Assembly (NCBI GenBank): GCA_905331295.1
Contig: CAJNYD010000423.1
Span: 1 to 64,000, forward strand
DNA: 64,000 nucleotides
Reading direction: 5' to 3'
Source: Rotaria socialis
Taxonomy: Eukaryota
Shown here: piece by piece, positions 29,281-44,268 of the stretch
Numbering within the stretch: position 1 is the stretch's first letter
Layout: each line of letters begins with the position of its first letter
Made by a program: the position numbers and the translations under genes
Notes under the pieces: generated by a model
Told to the model about the DNA's origin: nothing
The model's database searches: none
Seen by the model: only the letters and a program-made list of their open reading frames with translations

Positions 29281-32065
29281 AATGATAAATTAACTTATTT
29301 TGTTCTTCTAGTCTGATACATATTTTCACGTTTTTTCAGTCCAATTCGCGGTTTTCGTGTATGTATAATATTATACATGTTCTTGTAATTTGAAAACAAT
29401 TCAAATAAAACAAAACAAAAACTCCAACAGTAGAGACTTTGTGAATTAGATGGGTAGAAAGTTATAATATTTGAAAGAAGAAAAAAGTAGGTATTCTTTG
29501 CTCAATAATCTGTTTTTCGAGTTCCCATTTTTCATTATCTCTTTTGGACAACTGTTACATAATTCTACCATTTTCATTCAAATACTTTTTGTAAAATTAA
29601 AATAGACTAATATTTGATCAGAAAGTCTACTAAATGGAATGTATTTATTCAAAAAAGAATTGCGTATACATCAGAAAATGTTGTTTTCTGAGTTAACATG
29701 ATAATATATATCATGTTTACTTCATATGATTTGCCTCTTAATGTGATTCAAGATGTGCTTAACTAATTCCTGTAGTTGACAGTGAAAAAAACGCCACGGA
29801 TAGAACATAGAGGTGATGTCGTTTTCCATGTGAATCATCAGTTCGATTTCATTGAGATATATTAATGTACACTGAATACTAAAAATCGGTCAATGATAGA
29901 AATAAATGCTGTCATGTACAAACAAAAGCAAAGATGTGAGAGATTGTTTTGAAGAAAAGTTTTCAAATTTCATGTTAGATAGATATCGTTGGCATTCTTA
30001 CAATTAATACTTATATGAATCATTGCAATATAACTTATAAAGTAGAACAAGGAATAATTTGAGTATGACGAATATCATCTAATAAGGAATTTTGTTACTA
30101 CTTTTTTCATTTTTTTCTCTTCCACATGTATGAAACATTAGCTATGTAATAGAATACATTCTTATGGTGTCGAGAAATTTGACATTACATCTTCAATAAG
30201 CATAGATCCTTAAATAGCTGATAAATTATTCTGTATTGATATTAAAAGGTAATCAAATACTGATCTTGGCTCTTATCTAGTTGTTAACTAAGTGACATTC
30301 AAAAATACTGCTCCTTTTCTTTCCAAAAAAAAGAGGCAAATTTAAAACATTCTTGTTCTATGAGCAAATCTAAATTGAGAAAGTATGCCATTGGTGCCAT
30401 GTTGAAATCCAATATTCTTAGATACAACCAAAGGAAAGTCGTTGTCACTTTAGTAGATTGCTGTAACCATTGAATATTAAATAAATGTATGAAATTTCAG
30501 ATGTTTAACTTTTACTATGTCGTAGACAATGTACGAACAGGATCATTTTCTATTCTATCAATTTTTCCGATATTATGGATAAATATTTTTGAATGAAAAC
30601 AAATATCAAGTGATGCAATATTCTTGTATTCAATTACCATCGTGATCAAGCATTAATGTATACCGTATTGATAGTATATTCATCAGTTAGGAAAATGAAG
30701 CAGTAGCTAATATTATTTTGAATGCTTTTAAACAATGTTTTTCAATGATTCAATGTAATAATATTTTAGCTAATTCATACTCTTGTGACAGTTCATTTAG
30801 TGTGTTAGAGACGATTCGTCGAAGTCAAAAATTGTCTCCTCTTTGTTCCATTTCACTAATAAAAAATGTTTCACACCATCAAAAAAAATAAAACTAATCA
30901 TTATTTTTTTCTGTTGTTGATCGAATTGTTGTGTATCATACTAATTATTTTCTACTTTTTCTGGTAAATTGATTTTCGTATGTCATTAACAGAGTCACAT
31001 GAGTTTTCATAGAATGATCGAGACGTACTAGTCGAATGAGCTCTAGCCAGTAGCTAGTAGCCACTGATTCATGAAAAATTCAAGATCATTTACGAAATTT
31101 ATCAATGGTACTGATTGAATGATTTAATCAAGTATTGCACTATAGTGTTTGTATAGTCTTTCATTCGTAGTAAAAGCTCTAGGCAGAAAAATGCTGATTT
31201 TATTTAGTATTGATCAATTTTTCGGGGAATGTTTATGATGACTGAAAATCTGTTACTGTATGATTAGAATTTAAGATGGCTTGAATATCACTGTTAAAAC
31301 TCTATTTAACCAGAACATTTGTATACTAATCGATGAGATTCATTAAATCTTCGAATCTTAGATTTTTGAATAGTAAAATAGTGCATATTTATGTAAATTT
31401 TCCATGTCTTTAATTTAAAAAAGCAAAGCAAACACAATCACACAGTAATTGGTATATTTCAAAATTACCGTGTCCTGTTAAAGCCTTAAAAAGAGTTTAA
31501 CTTTATTCAAATAAATTTTGAAGGATTTGAAAAGTATTTCATGTCTACTCAAAATATTGCTTGCTATTATTCTTCACACAACTTGCATTGAATGGTTTTA
31601 ATATATGTAGAAATTTTATTCATGTACTTTCATACGGAGAGTGGTCTTTGTTTGATGAGATACTCAATTTTGAATATAAATAATTGTTGTTATATGAGAA
31701 TTATCGTCATCGTTGAGATGGTTTCAGTCTGATCATTCAATACAGTCTTCATTCATCGAATCGTTTAGACTTTACTAAGTCATAGTTCAACATCGTCTCA
31801 TTAGCATGTCCGATTTAATACTGTTAATATAAGAGAAAAAAGTTCATTTGTCTATGTTAATTTTTCTGTTTTTATTTGCAAATATTTGATTACTTTTCCA
31901 TAGAACTTTGCTATTCATGAAAGTGTTTATGAATTTAAAAAAACTATCCTTTTCTTTTCTGTTCAGCAACCTAATTCATACAAACAAAAGAGAGAACCGA
32001 GGCATAGTTTTACCAAAATGTAACATGGGACAAAAAAAGAAAAAAAAATAGATCCTCATTTATTA

Positions 32066-35000
32066 TTATAATCGACGTAAATCTAATTTTAATATTCGTG
32101 TAAATGTTTTTTTAAATTGTTGATTAGCTAGTGCATAGCAAAATGGATTGATTGGGGAATTAAGATAGCAAAGAAAATAAAAACAATGAAACATCGGGTT
32201 TGAAAATATCCAATTATTTTTACAGGATTCGCATAATGAATGAACTGCTGAATAGATGTGCCTAAATTTAAAAAAATAACATCCATACACAGAAATGAGA
32301 CATATTCGTAAATAACTGCTTACCATGGGGTCCAACAAACAACAAAAGCACCTAAAAATATTCGAAAGAAAATTTCGTCAGCTTACTCTTTTACTGATAA
32401 AGGTCAACTTGTACTTCGACGTCTTAATCAAATCTTCCAATTAAAAAATCAGTCACTGGTCAGATTATGTCATGCAATGATTACGGTAAAATTTTTACTG
32501 TATGCAATTATGTCTCTATAATACTCAGTTAACCAGTAAACCACGGAATTTCAAAAAAAAATGTTTATACAGTAGAACCTCCCATAGTGGACGCTTCTCT
32601 ATAGTGGACACTTCCATATAGTGGACTCTTTTTCACGGTCTCTTTTGCATAAATAACCTCTATATAGTGGACGCTAACCACGAATTCAAAGAAAATGTCT
32701 CGATTATCATCATTACTCATTCAGAGTAGTGTCTTTTCTTTAATGATCTGACAGTAGAATGAAAAAAAAGACATATTTGTGTGAGAGAGAGAGAGAGAAC
32801 GCATCCTCTGTGTGGAATACGCGTGACGGGCATATATACAATAGCATTGTGATATTTGTAGATCTTTTTTATACCACTATTTAAAGCAAAATATGATTAT
32901 ACTGAATAGACGAGCCTTTACTCTGCAGGAAAAATCATACGAATCAAAGGCAATCAAAAGTGACCTGCTTATCAGTACGAAAACTGACCGACACATGCAG
33001 CATAGAAAAAAGTACTGTCGCCCAATTTTAATGGCTGCGAAAAATAGCCTGGTTATACTTTCAACTCAACAGTGTCACATATTCAACAAATCGGGCATGC
33101 TAGAGATGCCACGGGAGATACACAACAGTAATACCCTCAGCTAATACAAATACTATCGCTATAAGAAATCAATCACGCGTATTCTGTCTCTCCCGCACAG
33201 CTGCCGCATCTCTTGCACTTCTCCACAGAGAGATGCCGCATATCCCGTCAAGTAACGCGGAAAAACATTTTCCTGATTTTAGAGGTAGGACCAATGCGGT
33301 ACGTCGGTCACAAATCAGTGTGGAAACCATGCGTACGGTATTACTGTCCACCTCACCCAGTAGGCGAAATCACACAAGCAGAGCTGTAGATGATATAGCG
33401 AAGGGAGAGGGTGCGCACCGTAAAACAGATATGAACAGCAAACAGCAGACATCCGTCGATGCACACGAATACAGAAAATAGCAGATATACACTGAATCAC
33501 ACACAAAATGGTAAACACAGACACAAACCATACCACACGCACGAGACATATTCCTCTTTCTGTGTGTGCAACAACGCTAGATACACACGAAAACACACAC
33601 AACCACACCCTGCACCAATGGATAGATATTGAACTGTCATAATATTATTTATTTTTGATTGAATATTAGCAGTAAATAATCTCAGTAAAAAGCAGTCTAT
33701 ATTATAAGTGATGTTTAAATTTTATTTCGGAAAACAACTATTATATATTCACGCATGACTACTACGCATGTGTCTCGTGTTTTACTAATTATAGAAATTA
33801 CTTGCATGCATATGTTCGGCTACGCTGTTAAAACGTTTGTCTGTGCTCGCATGCGATAATAAAATGCACGTATATGTTTTAATTTACATTCGATCTAATT
33901 AAGAAGATGCTATGCTGTGTGCTGAGTTCTTCAATATATCATATCGAATCATATGGCGTACACAAGCGCAACATTTTTTTTTTGAGTAGTATCACGCGTT
34001 TTTTTAAATTTCACCTTTGATTTAACATTAAAAATTCACAAAATAGATTATACATTATCTCTATCGATTTCTAGTTGGTACATGACTCGTACACAATGTT
34101 AACTATTACTCTTTAATAAATGAAAACAACTTAGTTGATACTGCTTAACTGTGTATTATTACTGGTCAATCATAAAATTAGAGAATGCAGAGTATTGTTT
34201 CATGTAGAATAACTATATGTACTGATGGATATAATAAAGTCGAATAGTATGTTGTTGTTAACTACAGTAGCAGAAAAATAAAAATTTGTTTTCTTTGTTA
34301 CATACAATTCAATTTATATTCAATATGAAATTATTCTCGATAAATTTTATCTCGAACGAATTAAACAATTCAAAAAGTGGTTGAACATACCAAGAATAAA
34401 TGTAATTGTTCTTAATGCTTTTCTAGCTCGATTTTGTGATTTTGATTTTCTTCGATGAATTGATTTTTGATTTTGTAACAGTTCTTTAATACTTGATTTT
34501 GCTGAATTGAAACTAGTTGTTCCTGCAAGTGTCCCTTCGTTGACTAATGATGGTCGTGCACTTTTAGTTTCATTTTCAATTAGTTCATGCCCATTAGTCG
34601 AATAATTTATTTGACTTCGTACATCAATTTGTGCCATAACACTTTGATCTCTTGTTTTTGGTGATGATGGAACAGACGCTTGTGTTACTAAACTTTCAAA
34701 TGTTACTTTTGATGCAATTCGATTATTTAATGATGATGAATCATTTTCATTAAGAAATGTATCTGAATGGTGCTTTACTAATATTGGGCCACGTCCAACA
34801 TGTTTCAGATCTTCACTTGTTTTTCGTTTATCTGATCTGAAAATAAGACAAAAAAAAAAGAACCACAAAATTTTATCGGTTTGTTTTTAATATAAAATAG
34901 CAATTACCCTCCATACAATGTACTGGCTGTCAATGTCGTTGTTGTTGTTGTAATTGCATCTGAATCCGATGATGTATTACGTTTACATTCGATAGCTGCG

Positions 35001-38000
35001 AATAGATGCTGTGGTATTTGTCTGTCTTGAGATAACGACGATGACGATGATGTTGCACTAATCCAACTATTTCGAGATAATTGCTCGTTTAAATTAAATG
35101 GTTGAAAAATTTTGTCCACAGAAAAATCTTGACTATACGTATTTAAACTAACACTATTCGTTAGTGTTTGTTCATCACTTGTCGTATCAAGATTTGTTTT
35201 ATTTAACATCATAATTTTCATTAAATCACTATTACATGGACAATTCGATTCATCGTCAGTAAATGCAGATGAAAATCGTTCATTAAGATATAATAATGAC
35301 GAAGTTTTTTTATTGACTTCTTTATAATTGGATAATAAATCACTTTCGCTATGTGTTAAATTTTCATCAGTATCATTTATTTGACAACATTGGTAAAAAT
35401 CAAATAGTGCACGTTCAACATCAGCATGTCGACTTGTTGAAGGTGATAAATTTAGGCAAGCTGAATTTTGAGATAATGGTGTTTTTGTTTTGGAAACGAA
35501 AATTATAGATGATGTTTTATTACTATCATTTGATGATATTGGTAATGATTCTGATGTGGATCCTGATTTGAGTAAAACATCACATGGCACATGACGTAAA
35601 CTACAATGTCGTATTGGTTTATTTTCATAGGACGGATTTGAATTCGTACAACCATACGTAATTAATTCTACGCTATCGAATACGGGAGATTCAAGTATTG
35701 CTTTATGCGCATCTTGATGATTGCCATAGATTTCATAAATTTTATTACCCTTATTATTATCATTATTATTAGTGGTAATTGATGTTAAAGAGGATTTCGA
35801 TCGATCTCTATGTTTAATATAAAGTGGAGATTTGTAAACAATAGTTTCTTCATAAACCGGTTCATTGGTATCATTTGATGGGACACAACGACGATGTAAG
35901 ATATAACCTTTCAAAGAAGAAGATTGAAAAAAAACTAATAATATTGTAAATATCTTTTCAACATCTTATATTATCAATGATGGTGTTAGAGTTACAACGA
36001 AAACTTATGATAAGTTTAAATCAACGGAAAAAACTACATCCAAATAACTCTTAAATTATCGGCTACTATTTGTTACATTCGCAGATAATTTGGCATCGAT
36101 CTTTCTCGAATTTGTTTTTTATTATATTATTTATCCTTATTTTGATCGAGACACAGCATAGAAATTTTTTCAAGATCTTTCTGAAATTTTCATTGCTTTG
36201 TCAATCAACTGAAAAATAAATAACATTATGTTCGATTTTGCAAAAAGAAATGAAAAACATCTTAATATCCAATTCAATATTTTTCTTTAATGAACTTCTT
36301 CATTTCTATAGTCAAAGATTTCAAGGTTAACTCTATCGAGAATAAGAAAGCATAGATTTTTTTGATTGTCTTGATAGAATAATGTTTTTTTTATGATGAC
36401 TTTCAAAGGTTTCACTTGATTTTTAAAGATCTCATATACTGATGTGATCTTACAATCTAGAAAAAATTTTCAAAGTCTTGTAAGTTCATGATTTATTCTT
36501 GTATTTCGAATCATATATTATCTGTTGGAAGACTAACTACGACACAACCTTTGATATTTAGTTTTGATGTTATTTCTGTGAGATTCTATGCTATTCTATT
36601 TATTACATGAACTTACCTAAATCTTCAAAATCTGTTTCATCAATATAAGGAATATCCAGACTACTATTGCTATTAAGTAAACGCCAACTTTCATCAGATG
36701 AATCATCGAAATGACTGGCAATTTGTTTAACTAGTAATTCTGATTGAAAAATAAGAGATGTTGCATTTATCTCAATAAGATTTTCCCGTTGCATTTCCGG
36801 TGTTATGGTTCTATCTGAATGATTAATATTTTCTGTAGAAGTTTTATTTAAAAGTATTGATGGAGTAGATTGAAAATTAGCTGATACATGATCATTGATA
36901 ATTGTTTCTGAATGTTGTGGTGGATCGATTGTAGGAAAAAATGGTGAATGCCGAGCTTTTAACCGTTCATGAAATAGTTCTTCTGACATTGTTGCTAATG
37001 ATTCAGGTCGTGGTTGTGGTGGAGAATGAATGCGACACAAAGAAAGTTCAGGTTCAGATGGTATAGGCGTTAGAGTAATCGATGGTTGTGTCGAATTTGT
37101 TGGTTGTTTAAATTTAATTTTTGTTGTTGTTGTTGTTGTTGTTGTTGATAAATTATTTAAACGTATTGGACTACGATAAAGTGAATATGCAAATGATTTA
37201 ACATTTGAGGCTTGTTTGTGATTAAATTGTCTACGATAATGTTGATTTTTCGATGTAGTTAGATTAACAGCTGTTGTTGAATTACTACCCCAATTGACAC
37301 TCATACCACGACGAACTTGATGAGAAATTTTATTATTTAAAAAATGAAGTCTTTTTTCTTTCGTATTATTAAAATCATGATCAGAATGAGATTCGTATGA
37401 ATTTGAATTTTCATCATCAGCACCATCATTTGTTGGCTGTCGTTCTGATGAATTACTACTTAATTGTTTATGTAAAATTTTCTGTTGAAGAATATCCTGA
37501 TCATTTTCAGTATGATTTGTTGTTGAATCTGTTTTATGATTTTGTTTATCTTGAAGTGTTCTTGTTGGAGATTTTTTGACTCCTATGCCAACACCTATTT
37601 GTGTCATTGTATTACCTATAGAGCAAGAGAAAAAAATAGTCATTTCAAGAAATCAAATTGTTTTTCTCAATTGTATTCATGATAGATTTACCGGCCATGC
37701 CAACAAGTGACGAAGTTTTACGAGCATTTTCTTGAGATTTTCTCTCTAGATTTCTTGCAACACCTAAATATTTGATGAAAAAATATATATATGAAATAAG
37801 TAATGCAATTCAATACCATATATAAAAATATATAAAACAATCATAACCAATAATGTTGTCCAAAAATAGCCAATAATTAAGCATAAATTAAATACATGAT
37901 TTTTATTCCATTGAACATCACCTTAAAGATTAAAATCAGATAGAAATCCAATTAATAAAAATAAAGAAATGTTTTTCGGTTCGAAATACTTACAAACACC

Positions 38001-38736
38001 ATTTTGCATATTTGAAACTCCTTTTAAGCGTGGATAAAGCATAGTCGATGTAAAAAAAATAAGGGTAGGAACTAGATATTCAATAAAAACTTTGCACTAG
38101 AAAAACAAACTATCATAAATATTCTTTTAAATTACCTGCCCATGTCATAGCAATCATAATATTAATTCTTCGTGTTGTTCGCCATTTACGATATTTAGCT
38201 GGCATTTTTACCGAACAAAATCGATCGATTGTAATGAACAATACTGTATAAATTGATGTTAAACAAACAGTATAATCGAGTGAAAGCCATATGTCACATA
38301 TAATTGCGTTTAATGGCCATTCTTTCGCATAGATATATATTGTAAGTAAAGGCATTGATAAAAGACCAATAAGAAAATCACTAACAGAAAGTGAAAGTAT
38401 GAAATAATTTGTTGGTTGCCGAATTTGTCGATCAAGAAAAAATGCAAGCATTACAAGAATATTTCCTAAAACTGTTAATACTGATGTTATACTACCAAAT
38501 GTTGCAATTAGAATTAATAACCAAAATGGATAAAAACTATCCTCCGATAAATTATCTTTTACAGTTGTTAACAATGACGATTGTGGTGGGCCTGGTATAT
38601 GGGATATAGACCAATTTGGATGATAGGTAGTGGTATATAATGTTTGAACAAAATTTTTTTGACTAACATTAAACAACAACGCATATACATTGGCGTCGTT
38701 GTTATGATTACCGCCTAGATTGACCAAGGATGACAT
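32066..38736 (-). CDS. Muscarinic acetylcholine receptor, B-type/GAR-2-like, ~1174 aa; exons 38736-38136, 38071-37994, 37921-37817, 37763-37692, 37615-36617, 35907-34908, 34836-34391, 32351-32324, 32261-32066
   Basis: GNILVMLAF.LDRQIRQPTNYFI, CDIWLSLDYTVCLTSIYTVLFITIDRFCSVKMPAKY, GYFWTT, KSKSQNRARKALRTITFILGAFVVCWTP, CYLNSPINPFCYALANQQFKKTF. The nine exons sum to 3525 nt in frame. Confidence 0.92.
32570..33040 (+). mobile_element. pogo/Tigger-like transposon fossil (5' end) in the mAChR intron
   Basis: ta|cagtagaacctc terminus followed by four atagtggac subterminal repeats. Frameshifted psq/CENP-B-type HTH remnant: RRAFTLQEK...LSVRKLTDTCSIEKSTVAQ at ~32910-33030. Confidence 0.65.
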
Positions 38737-39529
38737 GTAGATATTGATGAGAATGAATCTAGTATATGTTTGATCAAAATGGCCATTTTAAAGTCACCTC
38801 GATGATAGCGATGGCTACGACATATCATCGCTGACTATATAAAAATAAAAAAATAAAATCTATATGAATGTAAAATTATTAGAAAAGACAATAATAAGAA
38901 ATATCGAAGTACATGAAGCCTTAATGATTTTTGTATTTTGTTTTTAATCTACATCATACATAAGAAGCCCTTTTATAAACGTAACGATTTCGATAGGATA
39001 CATTTTTTGGCTTTTGTTTCTTCTATTCATATTATTTAAATATAAAATATCTCTCTGTGTTAACTTTGATTGTTTTCTTACTTACGTCAGTTGCACTTTT
39101 ACATTAAATAGAAATATGAAGAACATCAAGGATATAAATTAAAAAATTAAAAAAATTGCATTTCGGAAAAAATATTCTATAAAAGAAACATAATTAATAT
39201 TGACATTAATTCTTTTATTTATACAAAATACAAATGAACAGTAGTGTGTTCAATTGGATCATATTTGACTTTCTAATAATATTATTTGCGCACAATTATT
39301 TTTTTCGACCATTTAAAAAAAATATATAAATTGTCTTCCTCAATATTAGGTAAATATCTTCGATATGAAATTAGGGATGTGTTACACAACCAATAATAGG
39401 AAAAAAAATGAAAAACTATATATATATATATATATATATACGTCCATAGTGGAATAGAGAAATTACTTTTTTATGCTCTTTGCATTCACTCTCTTAATTA
39501 ATTTGATCGCACACCAATGCACCGCCTAT

Positions 39530-39899
39530 TCCAGTGAAAAATATTCGCTGATTTCAGTTAAATGGTTGTGCAACAAAATCCAATCCGCAATCGGATTGAT
39601 AATTTTGATTTTAATCGACCACCATTCAACCCAAATTTAATGCTATTGCTAGCCCGGTGAAAATTAGTTTGATTGAAATCGGATTGTTTTCCAGTAAAAC
39701 CCACATTGCCAATCGATTGATAATTCGAATTGTGCTACAGAACAATCAGATTTTAATCAAACTAGTTTCCACTAAGCTAGCAATAGCATTAAATTTGGGC
39801 TGAATGGTGGTCGATTAAAATCAAAATTATCAATCCGATTGCGGATTGGATTTTGTTGCACAACCATTTAACTGAAATCAGCGAATATTTTTCACTGGG
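39530..39899. mobile_element. MITE with ~124-bp terminal inverted repeats
   Basis: 39530-39653 is the near-perfect reverse complement of 39776-39899 (tccagtgaaaaatattcgc... / ...gcgaatatttttcactggg). AT dinucleotide on both flanks. Confidence 0.85.
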
Positions 39900-42800
39900 A
39901 TATAGTTTAGAAAGATTTGCTATGTTTTCATTTTTTTTCTGTCATTCTCAAGACTTTTATAAAAAATATCTGTTGTACTATGTAAGAGAAGCATCAAGGG
40001 TAAGAACTGTTGGACGTAATTTTAATTAAAATATTAGATATGAAAATAGAAAAAAGGTTAGAATAGGAAATGATTAATTATGAAATTTTCTGTTTTCTAA
40101 ACTCACGAAAGCTCTGTCAAAAACATGTGCATGTTATAGTTGAGATCATATAGCAGAAAGAGAAAAACAGCAGAATATAATAGTGATTAAAAAGCTTATG
40201 TTCTAAGAATCTGATTGAAATGATATGTATATATATATATATATGTGTGTGTGTATGTGCGTGTATCCGAAAGTCTCTACCTTAATAATATTTATTTGTG
40301 TTCATAACAATGAGATATTGTATTTATTCTTGAATATTCTATTTCTGATGAGTCTTTTTCTTTTTTTCTGTCTTTTATTGAATTTCTTTGAAAAGATTTC
40401 TCGGAAGAAAACAATATGAAGAGTTCAGTAAAAAAAAAGAAGCCTAGCGTAATTCCCGAGAATCGTTATCGACAACGAGTAATGTATGTGCCAAGGAGAA
40501 TTAATCGTTGCATATGATCCAGATTGGAGAAAATGCTAAGTGGTGTTGTCGAAGAAGGGTTACTTCGTAACTTGATTTTATCCAAATGTGTCTTATAATA
40601 TGGGAATCAATCGAACGATTAACAACTGCAAGTAACAAGTGGAAGAGAAAGAGAAGAATTCATGACAACGATCGCAATCAATTTTTCGACCAAATCTAGT
40701 ACAAATGATCTATAAGAAAAAGAGAAGACTCATCTCTCTCTCTCTCTCTCTCTCTCGCTTCCTTTATATATATATGTATGTATGTATATTACTATATTGA
40801 AAGAAGGAATAAAAAGCGTTAAGATTAAATTGTTTTTTGTGTGTTTTTATCACATAAACAAGTTTAATCCATATGAAAGAATTTAAATATATATTTTTTT
40901 CTAAGCACAAAACAACAATAAGTACTTGATTTTAATGAATCTCATATCTTATAAATTTATAAAATTGTTAATGCTTCTTTCTTTTTTGATTAATCGGATG
41001 AAATATAAAATGAGTTCCTGTCCTTTGTTCTCTGATCTTTTTAAGTTTATAGGTTTCACCTGTTTTCTTTCAAATAGCTAATCTTGATTTCTGTTTAAAA
41101 TATGACATGCGAACTATTCTTAATTTGTTTGTTACTTTCAATTAAACTAAATATAGTTTGTCACATTTAATAATTGATTTTTAGTATTCCATTTTTATCT
41201 CTTTTTACACTGCTCTACTCTTTCCAACACTGTTCTCTTTACATAAACGAATTCATTATCCAGCTATTAAACAGAGTATGTTCAATAGTTATATGATATT
41301 GTATTTAATGATTCGAATAAATCTCTATGGAATTCATAATAGAGTGACCGATTTAATAGAAGCCAGAGTACATTAATCTTTAAATAAGAAAATCAAGACG
41401 TATTGTTTAATTAACTTGACTTACTGTTATATTTATCAAGTTGATGAACGATGAAAAACGTCCACTTGATTTATTTCTCCTCGACGATGTCTGCAGATTG
41501 ATGTGCGTGCTGTTCTCTTGTTTTCTCTGCAGGCAACGTATGAGCGTACATTCTCTTTTTTTTTCCTCAAAAATCTAATTCACTAGATGAATAGAAGGAA
41601 TTACACTAGATCTCGTTTTTTTCTTGTTCGCTCATCATTCTGCAAAAGATTAAAAATCATCATTGCTTGCTAAGCGAAAAGATGAGATTTACTATCTCGG
41701 CTCAATGGATTAGTGACGAGCACATATACATGGACCGTCGCATTTACTAAATCGAATTAGATTAACCATCGTCACTATCATTGCTTTCTCCTATTGCTCG
41801 AAAGTATCACACTAGTGAAATTCATCAATATCTTAAGATTAAAGAACGACTGAGCGAAAGAAAGATGTAATCATCCGATTACACAAAACATTAATATTTC
41901 ATTGATCCGATAAAAAGCTTTATATTTTTATGAGTATAAAATGGATCTCTTCATAATATTGCCTTGTCATACGTGCATTAATATATTAGAGGATCTATTC
42001 TGACTAAAGACGGATATCAAAACATGTTATCTATTGTTTATGAAATCAAAAAGTTCCATTCAGAAAAATTAACAACTTTACTGTCCTTATTTTACTCCCA
42101 CAACTTCCTTGAGCGCAAATATAGATGGATGAACGAATGCCAAACGATTTGTTCATTCATGCTGTTGTTGATAAAAGCGCGCGAGCGTGTTTCCTTTTTT
42201 ACTGATCCATCAATGATGAAACGAAGAAAAACTAAAGAAAAAGCTCTTAACCAACTCGTAATTTCATTTTGTGAATCACATAATTCCGCTTCACAAGTTC
42301 CTTTGCGCACTAACTACCGTGGAAAAAAAAGAAGAAAAAAATCAATGCCTTTTCGTTTCTTCTTTCCATTCATTCAAGTGATTGTCTTCGATTGATATGC
42401 ATGATATATATGTATTCAAGCGCATCTTGCTTCAATTTTTTTGTGATTGTTCAAGAAATAATCCAGAAGACAAAAACGGAAGTGAATACTAACTGAGCTG
42501 AGAATGACAGTTGTCTCAACTTTTTTGACGACATCTTTTCTTTTGGCGGCTTTCTTCTCATCATTAGATCATAAAGTAATTAAATTGATGAAAAAGAACT
42601 AGAAAATCTTTGCTTTGCATCTATTTTTATAATATATACAAAAAAAGAAAAACAAACACAACATATTGAAATATCGTATAGAGGAGAGATGACAGATTCA
42701 TAATAAAAATAATCTAAGATATGTTATATGTGTTAAGTATTTATCGGATCCTTTCAAAAATTGTTAATATTTATAATGATGAATAGTGACATATTGCACT

Positions 42801-43932
42801 CGACAAAGAATATAATAAGAAATACTACTATATATCTTGTTTAAATCATTATACATTGACATATTTTGTCAAATCATCTAATAGAATAAATCATTAATTT
42901 CGCATTTTAAAGAAAATTTGACTTCTGACTTGTGCAAGAGAATTATTCTGAGATCCTGGTATTTGGTATCAATAGCTTAATAGATAAAAATAATCTACGA
43001 CAACAACAGCAATATGTGCATCTTTAATTAAGAACAGACTGAATCAATCTGGTAAACCGATGTTTTCACATAATAATACAAGTCTTTTTGTTTTTACTAT
43101 TGGCATGGCAGGACATATGTGTTTTTTTTATGTCTTAATGCTTCCTCGAGTCAAATATGTAAATATTTTTCTGGTCGTTTCCATACCTTTGAATAGTTAT
43201 TGACATAATGATATACGTAGATTAACAAGTTCTCATGACTCATTATATTCAACTAGAGAACAAAAAGAATCTTGAACCAATCAATAGATATCAGCAATTG
43301 AATTGATGGATGATAATTTTATAAGAATATATTGAATAAAATTTTTTTTAAGATAATTAATCAATGCAAAAAGATAACAAGCCTGAATGAAGTTATATGG
43401 ATCAATGGAATTTTAAAAAATGTTTCTTTTTATAAAGATTCTGAATAGACAAAGAGAAATTGTTTTTTGAATAAAGAGAAAATCTCGATTAGTTATTAAT
43501 CATTCTAGACCGTTAAAAATATAGTACATATATTTTGTATCATCATGATTGGAGATAAAAGAAACGATATCTTACTAGGTTAGAAAAAAATCTACAAAAT
43601 AAGATCACTGACTATCAGAAAATAATATTTTGTGACTGATATCATATGTTAAGATTCAATAATGCTAAAAAAATTGAATCCCAAATATATATGATACTTT
43701 TGAGGCTCTTTACTATTATGTTGTGCTTCTTATCGAGAATTTTCTAAACAGAAACAAGTGTATCACACGATTTCTAATCTATATCATATAGGAAACATGA
43801 TAGAAATCTGTGATTCTGGCTGAGAAAGTCTCCACCAATGAATCCTAATTGTTTTGTTTTCATTCTGTTAGAAAAAGCACATTGAAATTAAGCGCATAAA
43901 AAAAGAATCTTATCAGATTTTTAATTTTGACT

Positions 43933-44153
43933 AAACCCCTACACAGAATAGAAGCTCACCCTCTGGATTAGATTTCTCCGTTAAAAATCAAGGTTTACTT
44001 CATGAAAAATGAACTAAAATGGATGAAAAATGAAAGGATGAACATTTCTCTATCAAATAACGCAAAAACAGGCATCAGGACATGGTTTGTTACAAAACTA
44101 TAGTTTGTGGAACAGAGACACCACCCATGGGCTTCTATTCTGTAGAAGGGTTT
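43933..44153. mobile_element. Small degenerate MITE
   Basis: aaacccctacacagaatagaagc pairs with gcttctattctgtagaagggttt. Confidence 0.5.
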
Positions 44154-44268
44154 GCTTCAAACTATCACCATAGGACGATAAGAAAAGCAAATCTCGTTCA
44201 TGAAACCATTTAATATAGTTGTACAAATTGATCCTTTTACTATTTATGAGATTATCATATAATTAATT

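Noticed and set aside
26500..30850. Gene-like decayed sequence on the minus strand at ~26.5-27.3 kb and ~29.5-30.85 kb
   Set aside because: Many stops and no motif I can assign with confidence.
32582..32675. Short spaced atagtggac repeats, superficially CRISPR-like
   Set aside because: The 9-bp units have short irregular spacers and sit next to a pogo-type TIR in eukaryotic DNA; they are subterminal repeats.
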